In this document: one piece after another, positions 22,099 to 24,000 of the stretch
Numbering within the stretch: the first letter of the stretch is position 1
How the letters are laid out: every line of letters starts with the position of its first letter
DNA from: Arthrobacter phage Talia1610
Sequence record: PQ559666.1
Length of the DNA stretch: 24,000 nt
Strand: one strand, 5' to 3'
Notes under the pieces: generated by a model
The model's input: only the letters and a program-made list of their open reading frames with translations
Databases searched by the model: none
Told to the model about the DNA's origin: nothing
Position numbers and translations under genes: made by a program

Positions 22099-22329
22099 AT
22101 GTCATTTCAGGAAATTGACCGTAGGTTCGACCACCATCCTCCCAAGGATGACGATACCATTCAACTGCACAAGCAGACAAGGGAGCAAACCAAGCAGCTT
22201 GCAGAGATCTTCGAAGCAACCCTCCCTGATGGACGCGAGAAGGCCCTTGCACTTACAAATCTTGAAGAAGCCCTCATGTGGGCTAACGCATCTATCGCAA
22301 GGAGTGGTAGCCGTGAAGCGAATCGGTAA
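22099..22329 (+). CDS. acb2: Acb2-like cyclic-oligonucleotide sponge (anti-CBASS), T4 Vs.4-like
   Basis: IDRRFDHHPPK...REQTKQLAEIFEATLPDGREKALALTNLEEALMWANASIARS carries the hallmark RRFxxHPPK / LTxLEEAxMWANAxIAR pattern. Confidence 0.82.
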   Translation: MSFQEIDRRFDHHPPKDDDTIQLHKQTREQTKQLAEIFEATLPDGREKALALTNLEEALMWANASIARSGSREANR

Positions 22330-22356
22330 CTGGCCCGACCCTATGTAAAATGAGAA

Positions 22357-22380
22357 GCCTCGGAGAGATCCGGGGCTTTT
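22357..22380 (+). terminator. Intrinsic terminator
   Basis: GCCTCGG-AGAGAT-CCGGGGC followed by TTTT. Confidence 0.85.
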
Positions 22381-22406
22381 CTCATGGTAAAATAGAGGGA
22401 CACTTG

Positions 22407-22415
22407 TGATATAAT
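22407..22415 (+). promoter_or_regulatory. Extended -10 element TGATATAAT, weak -35
   Basis: Immediately downstream of the terminator and upstream of the tail gene. Confidence 0.5.
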
Positions 22416-22450
22416 GCTGGACCCTAAAATTCTACCCTGTGAGGCACCCC

Positions 22451-23233
22451 TTGGCTAACCCACCAAATCTACAGTACTGCAAGGTTGTAGGAAACTTCAA
22501 GGCGTTTATTGCCGACAATCAGGACGATGACGACCTACCGGACTTTGTTCCCATGTCCGGAACCGGTCAGATCTGGCCCAACGTCACGATGACAAAGAAC
22601 ACTCAGGTAGGCTACAAGTCTACCTACTTCAACAGCCCCATCTCCATCATCGTTGATGAGGACGGTGACCTGTCTCAGGGTGGACGCAAGTACATCAACG
22701 TACTGGCTGAGTCAGCCAACCTCAACCCTGCAACATTTAACTATACTATCCTACTGAACATGTATGCGCAAGGCGAGTCGATTAGCCGTACCTACGGCCC
22801 GTTCGCTTTTGACATCGTTCCGGGTGGAGAAGTTGACATCACCGATGTCATTCCTGTCTCTGCTTATGGTGGGAACCCCATTGTTCAGGGACCACAGGGC
22901 GAACCGGGAGACCTCGTAGGCGTCACCACAGGCTCTTGGACGGGCGCTGTAACGCTCAACGCCTACCCGCAGACCTATCTGGCCACCCTGACCGGAAACG
23001 TCACGTCTCTGGCCCTTCCAGCGTCCCCCATCGGCCTTCAGTCCGGCACCATCACCCTCGTCCTCACACAGGATGCTACAGGCGGACGAACCATCACATG
23101 GCCTGCCGGTGTCAAGTGGCCTGACGGCATTGTCCAGCAGCCTGCCGGAGGCCCCAACACCGTCTCCGTCTTCCACCTGATGTGGACCGGAACCCAGTGG
23201 CTCGGAATGCTGGGAGGTAAGAGCTTTGCGTAG
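22451..23233 (+). CDS. Minor tail/receptor-binding-type protein with short collagen-like segment
   Basis: Track start is GTG 22439; TTG 22451 (MANPPNLQYCKVVG) sits 8 nt after GAGG. Contains VQGPQGEPGDLVG and tail-like C-terminus MWTGTQWLGMLGGKSFA. Confidence 0.7.
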   Translation: MANPPNLQYCKVVGNFKAFIADNQDDDDLPDFVPMSGTGQIWPNVTMTKNTQVGYKSTYFNSPISIIVDEDGDLSQGGRKYINVLAESANLNPATFNYTILLNMYAQGESISRTYGPFAFDIVPGGEVDITDVIPVSAYGGNPIVQGPQGEPGDLVGVTTGSWTGAVTLNAYPQTYLATLTGNVTSLALPASPIGLQSGTITLVLTQDATGGRTITWPAGVKWPDGIVQQPAGGPNTVSVFHLMWTGTQWLGMLGGKSFA

Positions 23234-24000
23234 AGCACAAACAGATAAGTCATCCCAGCTTATCAAGAACTTCGCGTACGATCCAAGTCTCCAAACTGCC
23301 GGAGTCTCCACACTTCTTCGTACCAATCTCGTCATCAACCCGTCTCTGGAGTCTGCTGGCGCTAATCAGGCAGTACGTACCAATCTACTGACTAACCCTT
23401 CTGCGGAAGCCACTTCGGGCACTGTCAACGTACGTACAAACCTGCTATTGAACTCGTCCTTTGCGGCCACTGGCAGTACCGTCAACGTGAGGACCAATCT
23501 TAATCCTGTAGGCTCCTTCGAGACTCCGGGATCTGCTTCAACCATTAGGACAAACCTAGCCACTAATCCGCGAGGAGTCAACACCTTTCCGGGGTACGCT
23601 GGAGAATCCAACCAGACTATTACAGGTAACGTTGCAATCACACAACACCCAGATGGGATTACGACAGCCAACAGGGTAACGTATACTAGTGGTGCCCAGA
23701 ATCCCGGTGTCACTTTTCTAAACCCTGCGGTCTCCGGAATACAATACACTATTTCCGCATGGGTATATCATGAGACGGTACCTACTGCCGGTTCTCAGGG
23801 TCTTGCTCAAGCTGGTGTTGCATCAATGCCATCACCTCCTGCTATAGTAGCAGGAGTATGGCAACGCCTTTCATGGACCCATACAGCAAGCAGCACGAAC
23901 CAGCTAGGGTATAGGATCGGATCTGCTGAAGGTACAGGCTCGTTTCTTATTACGGGAGTCCTGATTGAGATCTCCCCTGTCGCTGGAGTTACAACTCTAA
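23226..24000 (+). CDS. Tail fibre/minor tail protein with 19-aa repeats (partial, runs off window)
   Basis: TTG start with GGGAGGT RBS; frame open to window end; LRRAQTDKSSQLIKNFAYDPSLQTAGVSTLLRTNLVINPSLESAGANQAVRTNLLTNPSAEATSGTVNV... Confidence 0.8.
   Translation, partial: MRRAQTDKSSQLIKNFAYDPSLQTAGVSTLLRTNLVINPSLESAGANQAVRTNLLTNPSAEATSGTVNVRTNLLLNSSFAATGSTVNVRTNLNPVGSFETPGSASTIRTNLATNPRGVNTFPGYAGESNQTITGNVAITQHPDGITTANRVTYTSGAQNPGVTFLNPAVSGIQYTISAWVYHETVPTAGSQGLAQAGVASMPSPPAIVAGVWQRLSWTHTASSTNQLGYRIGSAEGTGSFLITGVLIEISPVAGVTTL
23319..23546 (+). repeat. Four tandem 57-bp (19-aa) degenerate repeats, RTNLxxNPSxE
   Basis: RTNLVINPSLESAGANQAV / RTNLLTNPSAEATSGTVNV / RTNLLLNSSFAATGSTVNV / RTNLNPVGSFETPGSASTI, then a fifth partial RTNLATNPRG. 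Confidence 0.85.

Noticed and set aside
1-24000. CRISPR array, integrase/attachment sites or transposons
   Set aside because: No regularly spaced direct repeats, no integrase or transposase motifs and no terminal inverted repeats flanking a gene were seen.

Overview
This 24 kb window looks like the early/middle region of a large lytic actinobacteriophage-like genome, entering tail/fibre genes at the right end. No database search was possible, so the host is inferred. Almost all genes are on the + strand; the one convincing minus-strand gene is a metallophosphoesterase. Recognisable genes: secreted NlpC/P60-like hydrolase, vWA protein, DnaQ-like exonuclease, two different RNA ligases (DRB0094-type and T4 Rnl1-type), sugar epimerase/dehydratase, rIIA/rIIB-like pair, HNH endonuclease, DUF3310, three glycosyltransferase-like proteins, DUF932-type protein, TagD-like cytidylyltransferase, lipoprotein, T4-type polynucleotide kinase/phosphatase, CCA-adding enzyme, PIN-PhoH protein, a strong Acb2 (anti-CBASS) candidate, and tail proteins. 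I fold nine tRNAs (Met-CAU x2, Asn, Ala, Asp, His, Arg-CCU, Thr, Cys) plus one 109-nt tRNA-like element. Most notable: (1) a tRNA with a His anticodon and G-1:C73 pair on a class II (Leu-like) body with a 15-nt variable arm; (2) a phage-encoded tRNA end-maturation and repair set; (3) the Acb2 candidate; (4) a repeated extended -10 promoter family (TGRTAnnnT), one copy embedded in a perfect 16-bp inverted repeat; (5) several small ORFs missed by the supplied track.
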